Of a stretch of 64,000 bases of DNA, positions 1 to 9,341 are shown one piece after another (the first letter of the stretch is position 1; every line of letters begins with the position of its first letter). A model generated the notes under the pieces. That model was not told where the DNA came from, made no database searches, and saw only the letters and a list, made by a program, of their open reading frames with translations. The DNA comes from Bacteroidales bacterium (GTDB lineage Bacteria; Bacteroidota; Bacteroidia; Bacteroidales; UBA1402): positions 81,997-145,996 of the forward strand of contig JAZQNO010000025.1 in NCBI GenBank assembly GCA_045627385.1. The letters run 5' to 3'. The position numbers and the translations under genes were made by a program.

Positions 1-145
1 TGACGTGTTCGGTGACAAAATTAAGTTTGTCATCTTTGAGCTCTTTGAACTTCTCTTTGGGTTGACGGCACTGGGGGCATCTTTCGGGAGCCTCGTCACC
101 TTCGTGTACATAGCCGCATACGCTGCAGATCCATTTTTTTGCCAT
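1..145 (-). CDS. rubrerythrin-family protein, N-terminal rubredoxin-like domain (5' part only; the gene runs off the window start)
   Basis: The reverse complement of 1-145 reads MAKKWICSVCGYVHEGDEAPERCPQCRQPKEKFKELKDDKLNFVTEHV. It has two CxxC pairs at the N terminus, as in 'reverse' rubrerythrins. The ATG is at 143-145. It is absent from the ORF track because there is no stop inside the window. Confidence 0.75.
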   Translation of the reverse strand, partial: MAKKWICSVCGYVHEGDEAPERCPQCRQPKEKFKELKDDKLNFVTEHV

Positions 146-177
146 AGTTGTAATTTTTAAAGGGTTATAATAGAATA

Positions 178-630
178 TCAAACTTGTCGGCAGTTCTTGC
201 ACAAACCGTAAAAACTGACCTCGGAGTGGTCGGATTCTTCCGGACAGGACGCTTTCAGACTCTGAGAGAGTTTCTCGTCCAGCCAGATGTCTTCAATGCT
301 GTGGCACTCGTTGCAGATGAAATGACCATGGAAACTCGTGTCGGCATCGAAATGCACATTTTCGCTTTCCAGATGAAGGCTCTGAATCAGCCCGTGGTCT
401 TCCAGGGTTTTCAGCGTGTTGTAGACCGTCGTTTTGGACAGGGTGGGCATCTCTGGAGATAGCGCGGCGTAGATGGCGTCTGCCGTAGGATGCACAGGGT
501 GTGTCGAAAGCCATTCCAACACGGCTGTCCGTTGGGGAGAGGGTCTGACTCCCGCTTCTTCCAACTGTCTGCGTATCGTCTGGGAATCGCAGGCATGCGG
601 GCCGGCTTCGTTTTGATAAGTTGTAATCAT
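178..630 (-). CDS. Fur-family metalloregulator, PerR-like by context
   Basis: The ORF track gives 178..681. The product has a winged-helix segment (TVYNTLKTLEDHGLI) and two CxxC pairs (CNECH, CKNC) typical of Fur/PerR. I prefer the internal ATG at 628-630 (MITTYQ...) because an 18-bp perfect palindrome sits just upstream of it. The gene lies directly upstream of rubrerythrin on the same strand. Confidence 0.8.
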   Translation of the reverse strand: MITTYQNEAGPHACDSQTIRRQLEEAGVRPSPQRTAVLEWLSTHPVHPTADAIYAALSPEMPTLSKTTVYNTLKTLEDHGLIQSLHLESENVHFDADTSFHGHFICNECHSIEDIWLDEKLSQSLKASCPEESDHSEVSFYGLCKNCRQV

Positions 631-640
631 TTTAAATTTG

Positions 641-658
641 TAATCGTTGCAACGATTA
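641..658. promoter_or_regulatory. 18-bp perfect palindrome TAATCGTTGCAACGATTA, candidate Fur/PerR operator
   Basis: The sequence is its own reverse complement. It lies 11-28 nt upstream of the preferred perR-like ATG and downstream of a -7-like box at 692-699. Confidence 0.45.
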
Positions 659-691
659 ATCTGATTTTCCGGATTTGTCAAGTCCTTTTTG

Positions 692-699
692 CAAATTTA
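692..699 (-). promoter_or_regulatory. Bacteroidetes-type -7 box (TAAATTTG on the minus strand) for the perR-like/rubrerythrin operon
   Basis: The plus strand reads CAAATTTA, whose reverse complement matches TAnnTTTG. Confidence 0.4.
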
Positions 700-798
700 T
701 TTGTTTCTGTGGCGGCGAATGACTATCTTCGAAGTGCCAATGAAGGCTGAAAAACCGCCTTCGACAATGACTGAACAAATTTCAATCAGAACAAGAAT

Positions 799-2280
799 AT
801 GACAATCAACGATCTGCAGCCAAAGAACGTTTTCGCCAACTTCTATGGCATGACGCGTCAGCCGCGTCCTTCCAAACACGAGGAAAAAATCAGGGCCTAT
901 CTCTTGGATTGGGCCAAGCAGCGGGGCATCGAATGCTTTGCCGACGAAACCGGCAACGTTATCATGCGCAAACCGGCCACTCCGGGCTATGAGAACCGCA
1001 AAGGGGTGATCATGCAGGGCCACATGGATATGGTCCCTCAGAAAAATGCCGATGTGAAGCATGATTTCGAGAAAGATCCCATTGAAACCTATGTGGACGG
1101 AGACTGGCTCAAAGCAAAGGGAACCACGCTTGGCGCCGACAACGGTTTGGGCGTGGCCTTGGCGCTTTCCGTGTTGGAATCGGACAGTTTGGAGCACGGT
1201 CCGCTCGAACTGCTGGTCACTTATGACGAAGAAACTGGCATGACAGGCGCGCAGGCGCTCAAGCCAGGTGTGCTTCAGGGAGAGATTCTGCTCAATCTCG
1301 ATTCCGAAACCGAAGGCGAAATCTATGTCGGATGTGCCGGCGGTCTGGATGCGACCGCTTCAGGCACCTATCCTCGTCTGGAAGAACCGGCCGGATGGCT
1401 CTGCTACTCGGCCAATGTGCTGGGATGTCAGGGAGGTCACTCGGGCATGGATATCATTCTCTGCCGTGCCAATGCCAACAAGGTCGCGGCTCGTCTGCTC
1501 TATGCCTTGCTGACCGAAGCCGATGTCAAGTTGCTGGATATGGAAGGCGGAACGCTTCGCAACGCCATTCCCCGCGAGTGTTTTTCGACTGTCTATGTGG
1601 CTCCCGACAAACTGTCCAAGGCACAAGAAGTGGCAGCGCGTGTCGCCGCCGAAGTCAAGGCCGAATATGCGGCCACCGACCCGAATATGAAAATCGTGTT
1701 TGAGCCCTACGCCTGCGCTGAAGGCGAAGTCTGCGACCCGGACGAATGCCTGTATGCCGCCGATGCCGCCGCCTTGAACATGCTGCGTGCCATCATCGCC
1801 TGCCCCGACGGAGTGGAGCGTATGAGCGACCAGATGCCCGGTTTGGTGGAAACCTCCAACAATATGGCGATGGTTCGTATTTTCAAAGGGGAATTCTTTG
1901 TGAAAAGCCTGCTGCGCAGTTCGGTCGATTCGGCTAAAGAACAACTGGCCGGCAAAATGTCATGCGTTTTCGCACTGGCCGGCTACGAGGTGGCCTTCAC
2001 GGGCGGCTATTCGGGATGGGCGCCCAATGCGGCTTCTCCCATCCTTCGCATCATGAAGGACGTCTATCTGAAAATGTTCGGCAAGGAGCCGCTGGTGATG
2101 GCCATTCACGCCGGTTTGGAATGCGGCATTCTCAGCGGGGCCTATCCTCATTGGGATATGGTTTCGTTCGGTCCTACGCTGATGAGCCCCCATTCGCCCG
2201 ACGAACGCGCCTTCATTCCCTCCGTTCAGAAGGTTTGGGACTATCTGCTTGAAGTGCTGAAAGCTGTCCCTGTCAAGTGA
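799..2280 (+). CDS. pepD: aminoacyl-histidine dipeptidase (M20 family, PepD-like)
   Basis: 493-aa ORF with M20 metal-ligand blocks QGHMDMVPQKN, LGADNGLGVALAL and TYDEETGMTGA. Confidence 0.85.
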   Translation: MTINDLQPKNVFANFYGMTRQPRPSKHEEKIRAYLLDWAKQRGIECFADETGNVIMRKPATPGYENRKGVIMQGHMDMVPQKNADVKHDFEKDPIETYVDGDWLKAKGTTLGADNGLGVALALSVLESDSLEHGPLELLVTYDEETGMTGAQALKPGVLQGEILLNLDSETEGEIYVGCAGGLDATASGTYPRLEEPAGWLCYSANVLGCQGGHSGMDIILCRANANKVAARLLYALLTEADVKLLDMEGGTLRNAIPRECFSTVYVAPDKLSKAQEVAARVAAEVKAEYAATDPNMKIVFEPYACAEGEVCDPDECLYAADAAALNMLRAIIACPDGVERMSDQMPGLVETSNNMAMVRIFKGEFFVKSLLRSSVDSAKEQLAGKMSCVFALAGYEVAFTGGYSGWAPNAASPILRIMKDVYLKMFGKEPLVMAIHAGLECGILSGAYPHWDMVSFGPTLMSPHSPDERAFIPSVQKVWDYLLEVLKAVPVK

Positions 2281-2324
2281 GCCGGTCGTTCGGGCGCCCC
2301 GCCGTTCAGGCAGACAAAACGAAA

Positions 2325-2351
2325 GCGTCCGGGCCCCCGGGGACCGGGCGC
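2325..2351. terminator. GC-rich hairpin between convergent pepD and gdhA (bidirectional terminator candidate)
   Basis: GCGTCCGG...CCGGGCGC forms a stem of about 8 bp. It is flanked by AAAACGAAA upstream and TTCTTT downstream. Confidence 0.55.
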
Positions 2352-2381
2352 TTCTTTATGCATAAGCCCTGAGGCTCGGAA

Positions 2382-3719
2382 TTACATGACACCCTGAGCC
2401 ATCATGGCTTTGGCGACCTTCATGAAGCCGGCCACGTTGGCACCCTTCACATAGTTCACATAGTCGCCGTCGGCACCGTACTTCACGCAGGAATCGTGAA
2501 TGTCGCGCATGATGTTCTGCAGTTTCTGGTCGACTTCTTCGGCGCTCCAGCTGTAACGCATGGAGTTCTGGCTCATTTCCAAACCGCTGACCGATACGCC
2601 GCCGGCGTTGGAAGCCTTGCCCGGAGAATAGAGGATCTTGGCGTTGAGGAATTCGGCGATGGCTTCGGGGGTCGAAGGCATGTTGGCACCTTCGGCGACG
2701 GCGATGACACCGTTCTTCAGCAGCGTGCGGGCAGCTTCACCGTCCAGTTCGTTCTGAGTGGCGGACGGCATGGCGATGGTGCACTTTTCGCCCCAAGGAC
2801 GGGCACCGGCCACATACTTGCAACCGTATTTCTCGGCGTATTCGCGGATACGTCCGCGTTCGACCATCTTCAGATTGTAGATGTAATCGAGTTTCTCGCG
2901 GTCGATGCCGTCAGGATCGTAGATGTAACCGTCAGAGTCGGACATGGTGATGACCTTGCCGCCCAACTGCAGCACCTTTTCAGCCGTGTAGTAGGCGACG
3001 TTTCCGGCACCGGAGATGGCGACCACCTGACCCTTGAGGTCGGTGTAGCCGTATTTGCGTTTGAGCATGTTCATCAGGAAGTAGCAGTTGCCGTAACCGG
3101 TGGCCTGCGGGCGTACCAGAGAACCGCCGAATTCGAGACCCTTGCCTGTGAAGGTGCCGGTGAATTCGTTGCGCAGTTTCTTGTACATTCCGAACATGTA
3201 GCCGACTTCGCGTCCGCCTACGCCGATGTCACCGGCGGGAACGTCCGTGTCGGGACCGATATGTTTGTTCAGTTCAAGCATGAAAGCCTGGCAGAAACGC
3301 ATGATTTCAGCATTCGACTTGCCGCGGGGTGAGAAATCCGAACCGCCTTTACCGCCGCCCATGGGGAGAGTGGTGAGCGAATTCTTGAAAGTCTGCTCGA
3401 AAGCGAGGAACTTCAGGATGCCCAAGTTGACGGAGGAGTGGAAACGGATACCGCCCTTGTACGGACCGATGGCATTGTTGTGTTGTACACGGTAGCCCAT
3501 ATTGGTCTGCCAGTTGCCCTTGTCGTCCATCCATGTGACACGGAAAGAGAATACGCGATCGGGAATGCAAAGGCGTTCGATAAGATTAACGCGGTCGAAT
3601 TCGGGATGTTTGTTGTACTCTTCCTCGATCGTATTCAACACTTCAGTAACAGCCTGGATATATTCCGGTTCGTTCGGAAATCTGCGCTCCAGATTGGCAA
3701 TAACGTCTTTAGTTTTCAT
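2382..3719 (-). CDS. gdhA: NAD(P)-specific glutamate dehydrogenase
   Basis: 445-aa ORF with the GDH signatures GPYKGGIRFH and LPMGGGKGGSDF and the dinucleotide fold ISGAGNVA. Confidence 0.95.
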   Translation of the reverse strand: MKTKDVIANLERRFPNEPEYIQAVTEVLNTIEEEYNKHPEFDRVNLIERLCIPDRVFSFRVTWMDDKGNWQTNMGYRVQHNNAIGPYKGGIRFHSSVNLGILKFLAFEQTFKNSLTTLPMGGGKGGSDFSPRGKSNAEIMRFCQAFMLELNKHIGPDTDVPAGDIGVGGREVGYMFGMYKKLRNEFTGTFTGKGLEFGGSLVRPQATGYGNCYFLMNMLKRKYGYTDLKGQVVAISGAGNVAYYTAEKVLQLGGKVITMSDSDGYIYDPDGIDREKLDYIYNLKMVERGRIREYAEKYGCKYVAGARPWGEKCTIAMPSATQNELDGEAARTLLKNGVIAVAEGANMPSTPEAIAEFLNAKILYSPGKASNAGGVSVSGLEMSQNSMRYSWSAEEVDQKLQNIMRDIHDSCVKYGADGDYVNYVKGANVAGFMKVAKAMMAQGVM

Positions 3720-3752
3720 TTACGTATGATAAATTGGTTTTGAATTGTGACG

Positions 3753-3760
3753 CAAAGATA
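3753..3760 (-). promoter_or_regulatory. -7 box (TATCTTTG on the minus strand) for gdhA
   Basis: The plus strand reads CAAAGATA, about 34 nt upstream of the gdhA ATG. Confidence 0.4.
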
Positions 3761-3927
3761 ATGCAAATGGAAATAGGTTGTACAATTTTTTTGAATATTA
3801 GTAAAAGAAAATTGTAAAATATAGAAATACAGCGTGTTGTAAAATGTATAATTCTGCATAAATACATAATTTTAGGGGTTTTGAGCAGATAAGTCTTAAA
3901 AAAATTTTCTCTTTGGATGGAATGATG

Positions 3928-3935
3928 TACTTTTG
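3928..3935 (+). promoter_or_regulatory. -7 box TACTTTTG for the 4014-14195 operon
   Basis: It matches TAnnTTTG and lies about 79 nt upstream of the ATG at 4014, inside an AT-rich 290-bp divergent intergenic region. Confidence 0.4.
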
Positions 3936-4013
3936 CCCCTGCACTCCGATGTCATTTCAGCGGAAAAGTCTCGATGTGCACGTTAAGAGGAAATTTTTCA
4001 ATACCTAATTATT

Positions 4014-5276
4014 ATGAAGGATATTTTTGAAAGAATTGCAGCCACACCGGGTCCACTCGGTCAGTACAAAGGAAATGCCGACGGCTATTTCATGTTCCCC
4101 AAACTCGAAGGTGAAATCGGACCGCACATGCGTTTCAACGGTAAGGACGTTCTTGTCTGGAGTCTCAACAACTATCTGGGTCTGGCCAACCGGCCCGAGG
4201 TCCGTGAAGCTGATGCACAAGGTGCCATTAAATATGGTATGGCTTCTCCCATGGGTGCCCGAATGATGTCGGGCGACACGGTCTACCACAAGAAACTCGA
4301 ACAGGATCTGGCCGATTTCGTAGGCAAGGAAGCCGGTTATCTGGTCAATTTCGGCTACCAGGCCATGATTTCCATCATCGACTGTCTGGTCAGCCGTCAC
4401 GACGTCATCGTATACGATTCCGAATCTCACGCCTGCATCATGGACGGCCTTCGCGTCGTGCTGGCCAAGCGTTTCATGTATATGCACAACGATATGGACA
4501 GCCTGCGCAAGCAGTTGCAGTCAGCTGCAGCTTTGGCTGAAAAGCAGGGCGGCGGTATCTTGGTCATCACCGAAGGTGTGTTCGGCATGGCCGGCGACTT
4601 GGGAAAACTCGATGAAATCGTAGCTCTTAAGAAGGAAGTACCCTTCCGCCTGCTCATCGACGACGCACACGGTTTCGGCACTATGGGCAAGACAGGTGCC
4701 GGTACTGGTGAACATTTCGGCGTGCAGGACGGTGTCGATGTCTATTTCGCCACTTTCGCCAAGAGTATGGCCGGTATCGGCGGTTTCGTCGCATCGCACC
4801 GCTATGTCATCGACAACCTCCGCTTCAACATGCGTTCCCAGATCTTCGCTAAATCACTACCTATGCCAATGGTGCTGGGCGCCCAGAAACGTCTCGACCT
4901 CATCAAGGCACAGCCCGAAATCCGCGAGCATCTTTGGGCAATCGTCAAAAAGCTTCAGAGCGGTCTCAAGGAACTCGGTTTCGACCTTGGCAACACCAAT
5001 TCGCCTGTCACTCCCGTCTATCTGAAGGGCGAGATGAACGTAGCCACCAACTTGGTCGTCGATCTCCGCGAAAACTACAACATCTTCTGTTCCATCACGG
5101 TCTATCCTGTGGTTCCGAAGGGCATCATTATGTTGCGCATCATTCCGACAGCCGCCCACAGCTTCGAAGATGTCGACTATACCCTCAAGACTTTCGCCAC
5201 CATCAAGAAAAAATACGACAATGGCGAATACGACAAGGAAATGCCCAATATGAACCTCATCAATAAGGAAGCCTGA
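4014..5276 (+). CDS. PLP-dependent alpha-oxoamine synthase, cysteate-C-fatty-acyltransferase-like (SulA/CapB type; could alternatively be a serine palmitoyltransferase)
   Basis: 420-aa ORF of the AONS/SPT/KBL family, with the PLP-lysine block ATFAKSMAGIGGF and DDAHGFG. Its stop overlaps the start of a cysteate-synthase-like gene (TGATG at 5274-5278). Confidence 0.75.
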   Translation: MKDIFERIAATPGPLGQYKGNADGYFMFPKLEGEIGPHMRFNGKDVLVWSLNNYLGLANRPEVREADAQGAIKYGMASPMGARMMSGDTVYHKKLEQDLADFVGKEAGYLVNFGYQAMISIIDCLVSRHDVIVYDSESHACIMDGLRVVLAKRFMYMHNDMDSLRKQLQSAAALAEKQGGGILVITEGVFGMAGDLGKLDEIVALKKEVPFRLLIDDAHGFGTMGKTGAGTGEHFGVQDGVDVYFATFAKSMAGIGGFVASHRYVIDNLRFNMRSQIFAKSLPMPMVLGAQKRLDLIKAQPEIREHLWAIVKKLQSGLKELGFDLGNTNSPVTPVYLKGEMNVATNLVVDLRENYNIFCSITVYPVVPKGIIMLRIIPTAAHSFEDVDYTLKTFATIKKKYDNGEYDKEMPNMNLINKEA

Positions 5277-6502
5277 TGAACTACGTGATCCGCTGTCCGA
5301 AATGCGGTCGGGCCATCGAGTCCTTCGCCGAGTGGTTTTCGCTCGGCCAGGCCTGTCCCGACTGCGGCTGCAAGCAGGGTGAAATCGAATATGCAGCCGA
5401 CTATTCCCGTCTGCCCGACTATTTCAAGGGCAATCCCGAGAGTTTCTGGCATTATTTCGAGTTCCTTCCTCTGCAGCATAAGGAAAACATCGTCAGTTTC
5501 GGTGAAGGTGCCATTCCCATTGAAGAATGGGATTTTCTGGAGCGTTTTGCTGAAGAAAAATACGGTGTCAGCTGCAAGGTCAATGTCTATCGCAACGATC
5601 TGAACGGCGGCACGCACACCTTCAAGGACATCGCCGCCTCGCTGGCCGCCTCGCTCTTCAAGGAAAACGGAATCAAGGAATTCTGTGTGGCCTCGACGGG
5701 CAACACGGCTACCGCCTACAGCAAGTATCTGGCCAAGGCGGGTGTCCATTTCACGGTATTTGTTCCGAACGATGTCTGCCCCGATTCTGTGGCCGAAATG
5801 CGTTCCTACGGACAGACTGTCGTCATCTCTAAGGGCAATTACGCCCAAGCCAAAAAGGAAGCCGCCGATTTCAGCTCCTCCAACAAGGTGCTGATTTCGG
5901 CCGGCAATATCGATCCCATCCGAGTGGAGGCCAAACGCACCATGGTGTTCGAGTATCTGCGACAGTTGGGAAAAATGCCGGACATGTATTTCCAGGCTGT
6001 TGCCGGCGGTACAGGCCCCATCGCCCTTTACAAAGGATATCGCGAACTCAGGAAAACCGATCCGTCGCTGAAATTGCCTCGTATGGTGCTGGTTCAGCAG
6101 GATTTGTGCGACCCCATGGTTCAGGGCTGGGAGCGTGCCGTACGGGAAGGCTTCCCCAATGGATACGAAAAGAATTATCCCGTTATCGAGGAACCCAAGA
6201 CAAAGATCTCGATTCTTTCGACGGGCAATCCGGGCATGTTCCCGATCATTGCGCCCATCGTCAGGGAAAGCGGCGGCACTTTCGTGCGCGTCGCCGAGTC
6301 TGAACTGGTCCGTCTGGGCCGTTGGGTGCTCGATGAAAAAGGCGTTCTGCTGGGTCCCGCTTCCATCGTCTGTCTGGCCGGTTTCTGCCAGGCATTGGAA
6401 GAAGGTCTGGTGGCCGACGGACAGACCGTTCTGCTCAATACGGGCGAGGGCTGCGGCCGCAACCGGGTATTCGGAGATGCAGTGAAGGCCTTCAAGGCTT
6501 GA
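5276..6502 (+). CDS. threonine-synthase-fold PLP enzyme, cysteate synthase-like (CapA type)
   Basis: 408-aa ORF with an N-terminal Cys4 ribbon (CPKCG...CPDCG), the PLP-lysine block GGTHTFKDIAAS and the STGNTATAY block. It is translationally coupled to the acyltransferase upstream. Confidence 0.7.
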   Translation: MNYVIRCPKCGRAIESFAEWFSLGQACPDCGCKQGEIEYAADYSRLPDYFKGNPESFWHYFEFLPLQHKENIVSFGEGAIPIEEWDFLERFAEEKYGVSCKVNVYRNDLNGGTHTFKDIAASLAASLFKENGIKEFCVASTGNTATAYSKYLAKAGVHFTVFVPNDVCPDSVAEMRSYGQTVVISKGNYAQAKKEAADFSSSNKVLISAGNIDPIRVEAKRTMVFEYLRQLGKMPDMYFQAVAGGTGPIALYKGYRELRKTDPSLKLPRMVLVQQDLCDPMVQGWERAVREGFPNGYEKNYPVIEEPKTKISILSTGNPGMFPIIAPIVRESGGTFVRVAESELVRLGRWVLDEKGVLLGPASIVCLAGFCQALEEGLVADGQTVLLNTGEGCGRNRVFGDAVKAFKA

Positions 6503-6505
6503 CAT

Positions 6506-7183
6506 ATGGGTAACCTGTACAATCTGATTGCTGAAGACGAACGTTTTGACGAATGTCTGAAAGCGTGCATGAACTGCGGCATGTGCACGGCCGTCTGTCC
6601 GGCGGCCGAGTTCTACCGTTACGATCCGAGACGCATTTGTGACATTGTCCAAAGACGCAACGAAGACGAAATCGAGAAGCTTCTCCGCAGCGATACCATC
6701 TGGTACTGCGGCCAGTGCATGTCGTGCAAGCCGCGTTGCCCGCGGGGCAACGCGCCGGGCGTGTTGATCTCCATTCTGCGCAAGGTCTCCCAGCACTTGG
6801 GTTATTTCGCTGAAAGCGAGAAGGGCAGACAGCAGTTTGCCCTGAAGGAAACGGTCGCCAAGAACATCCTCGACATCGGCTATTGTGTCCATCCCGACAG
6901 AGTGGATCCCGCGCTTCACCCCGAACAAGGTCCCATCTGGGAGTGGTATCTGGAGCACATCGAGGACGTGGCGCCTAAGATGGGCGCCAACTACCACGGC
7001 GACGGACCCGGTGCTTTGCGCAACATCCGAGAGGAAAACCTGCAGGAAGTGCGGCGTATCTTCGAAGCCACCGGCGGCAAGCGTCTGCTGGAGGAAATCG
7101 ACGCCTTCACGCGTAAGGAGACCGGCATATCGGACAGCGGAGAGCTGTTCCACAAGACTTTCACTGAAAATACCTCCGAATGA
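6506..7183 (+). CDS. HdrC-like 2x[4Fe-4S] ferredoxin subunit
   Basis: 225 aa with CMNCGMCTAVCP and CGQCMSCKPRCP. It starts 3 nt after the previous stop. Confidence 0.8.
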   Translation: MGNLYNLIAEDERFDECLKACMNCGMCTAVCPAAEFYRYDPRRICDIVQRRNEDEIEKLLRSDTIWYCGQCMSCKPRCPRGNAPGVLISILRKVSQHLGYFAESEKGRQQFALKETVAKNILDIGYCVHPDRVDPALHPEQGPIWEWYLEHIEDVAPKMGANYHGDGPGALRNIREENLQEVRRIFEATGGKRLLEEIDAFTRKETGISDSGELFHKTFTENTSE

Positions 7184-8232
7184 AAAGATACTGGAACGAA
7201 TATCAGAAAGAAATCGCTGACGACCATTATTTTTATGAGCGCAGCTGTATCCGCCAGACCTTCTTTCCCGGTTCGGAAGCCGCTTTTCTGCGCATTCTCA
7301 AGGATGAACTCGGCAAGGATGTCAAGGACGAGATGAACCAGCACACCTGTACGGGAATCGGTTATCATGCCGATGTGGTGCCTTTCGAGACGACGATGAC
7401 CGTTGTGGCGCGTCTCTTCTCGCTGATGACCGAGGACGGCTACGAAAATTATGTGCCTTCCTGCGTGACATCGTTCGGCATTTTCACCGAAATCGTGGAG
7501 ACTTGGAAGGAAAAGCCCGAACTGTTGGAGAAAGCGCGTCGGATTCTGCGTGAAACGACGGGGCGCGAATTCCAGATACCCAAAAACATCGCCCATCCTT
7601 CTGACATCATCTACAAATTCCGTTTCGAACTGAAATCCAAGATGAAATATCAGCTGGTAAACCGTTTCACGGGCAAGCCGCTGAAGGTGGTCGAGCACAT
7701 CGGATGCCACTATGCCAAGATTTTCCCCAAACATGGGGTGGGCAACGCCGAGTTCCCATACGTTCTGGCCGGAATGATTGAAGCTTGGGGCGGGGAAGTG
7801 GTCGATTATCCCGAACGCCGTCATTGCTGCGGCTTCGGTTTCCGCCAGTATCTGGTCCAGGCCAACCGCGGCTATTCGGTGGCCAACACCAAAAAGAAAT
7901 TCGAATCCATGCAGCCCTACGAGCCCGACTTCATTGTGGCCAACTGTCCCGGTTGCGCTCTGTTTCTCGACAAATGGCAGTATACCATCGCCGAGATGGA
8001 GAACAAAACCTACGACAAGGAAGGTTACGGCATTCCGGTGTTGACCTATGAGGAAATGGCTGGCCTGCTGCTGGGCTACGACCCTTGGGAACTGGGACTC
8101 CAGCTGCATCAGGTGCAGTCGGAGCGCTTGCTCGACAAAATCGGCATTCCCTACAACAAAAACGAGAAGTACAAAGGCGTTTCCGGTAAGGTTCTTCCAC
8201 TTCCAGACCGCCCTCAACACCTGAAGGTATGA
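7180..8232 (+). CDS. HdrB-like CCG-domain subunit
   Basis: 350 aa with Cys-rich CCG-type blocks (IGCHYAK, RRHCCGFGF, ANCPGCALF). It has an ATGA overlap with the hdrC-like gene. Confidence 0.8.
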   Translation: MKRYWNEYQKEIADDHYFYERSCIRQTFFPGSEAAFLRILKDELGKDVKDEMNQHTCTGIGYHADVVPFETTMTVVARLFSLMTEDGYENYVPSCVTSFGIFTEIVETWKEKPELLEKARRILRETTGREFQIPKNIAHPSDIIYKFRFELKSKMKYQLVNRFTGKPLKVVEHIGCHYAKIFPKHGVGNAEFPYVLAGMIEAWGGEVVDYPERRHCCGFGFRQYLVQANRGYSVANTKKKFESMQPYEPDFIVANCPGCALFLDKWQYTIAEMENKTYDKEGYGIPVLTYEEMAGLLLGYDPWELGLQLHQVQSERLLDKIGIPYNKNEKYKGVSGKVLPLPDRPQHLKV

Positions 8233-9335
8233 AACAAGAAGACAAGAAGGCATCCAAAAAGATTCGACTGATTCCCAAGGGACTCAGCCGCCGTTTTTCC
8301 CGGACCGAAACCCAAGAGGTGCCGGCCCAGGTGGCCATTGTCGGCGGTGGACCTGCCGGTATGGAGGCTGCCAGCGTGCTGGCCCGCGAAGGCTGTCAGG
8401 TGCTGCTTTTCGAAGCCCGGCATGACCTGGCCGAAAACATTTTGAACAAACATCGTCTGTTTCCCGATTTTTCCACTTCCAACGAATTGTCATACAGGCT
8501 GATATCCGGCCTTGACAATCCTTTGGTCAAAGTGTTGCCCGATACGGAAATCGTGCATGTGGCCAAGATGGATGTGGGCGATTGGTGCCTGACCGACAAC
8601 AAGGGTGAAAAATATCATGTGGCCGCTGTGCTGCTGGCTTCCGGTTATCAGGTCTTCGATGCCCGCCGCAAAGAGGAACTGGGTTACGGCATCTATCCCG
8701 GCGTGATGACCTCGCTGGAACTGGAGTCCTGCCTGAAGGAACACCGGCTGCTCACTCCGCTCCGTGAAGATCCGAAACGCATTGTATTTCTGCAATGTGT
8801 GGGCTCCCGCGATGAAAAAGTGGGCAACAACTACTGCTCGAAAGTATGCTGTGTGACGGCTGTCAAACAGGCCATAGAGGCCAAGAGACTGCTGCCCGAC
8901 GCCGAAGTGTACCTCTTTTACATGGACCTCCGCATGTGGGGCAAAGGTTTCGAAGAGCTCTACCGCAGCGCTCAGGAACAGTACAACATCCGTTTCGTGC
9001 GCGGCCGCATTTCCGAGGCATCCGGAACCTTCGACAACAAGATTCAGATAAAGGCCGAAGATACCTTGTTGGGACAGCCGCTCAAACTGATTGCCGATCT
9101 GCTGGTGCTGATGGTGGGCATGGAACCTTCCTGCGGCACGCGCAATCTGGCCCAGTGTTGCGGCATTTCGGGCGATTACGGCTTTGTCCGTACGGCCGGT
9201 CCCCATCTGGACGACAATCTGACCGGCGAGCAGGGCCTTTTCGTGGCCGGTACCTGCAAGCGCCCGATGACCATTCAGGACACCATTCACGATGCCCGTT
9301 CGGCCGCTTTGGAAATCATCAACTACCTGTCATAA
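8229..9335 (+). CDS. short HdrA-like FAD/Fe-S flavoprotein
   Basis: 368 aa with VAIVGGGPAGMEAAS (FAD fold) and the CSKVCCVTA motif typical of HdrA. It has an ATGA overlap with the hdrB-like gene. Confidence 0.8.
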   Translation: MKQEDKKASKKIRLIPKGLSRRFSRTETQEVPAQVAIVGGGPAGMEAASVLAREGCQVLLFEARHDLAENILNKHRLFPDFSTSNELSYRLISGLDNPLVKVLPDTEIVHVAKMDVGDWCLTDNKGEKYHVAAVLLASGYQVFDARRKEELGYGIYPGVMTSLELESCLKEHRLLTPLREDPKRIVFLQCVGSRDEKVGNNYCSKVCCVTAVKQAIEAKRLLPDAEVYLFYMDLRMWGKGFEELYRSAQEQYNIRFVRGRISEASGTFDNKIQIKAEDTLLGQPLKLIADLLVLMVGMEPSCGTRNLAQCCGISGDYGFVRTAGPHLDDNLTGEQGLFVAGTCKRPMTIQDTIHDARSAALEIINYLS

Positions 9336-9341
9336 GCGAGT

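Noticed and set aside
3939-3985. A possible 5'-UTR hairpin or riboswitch upstream of the sulfonolipid operon (TGCACTCCGATG ... CTCGATGTGCA).
   Set aside because: Pairing is imperfect (5 + 3 bp with mismatches). I could not recognise any known riboswitch core, so the evidence is too weak to report as a feature.
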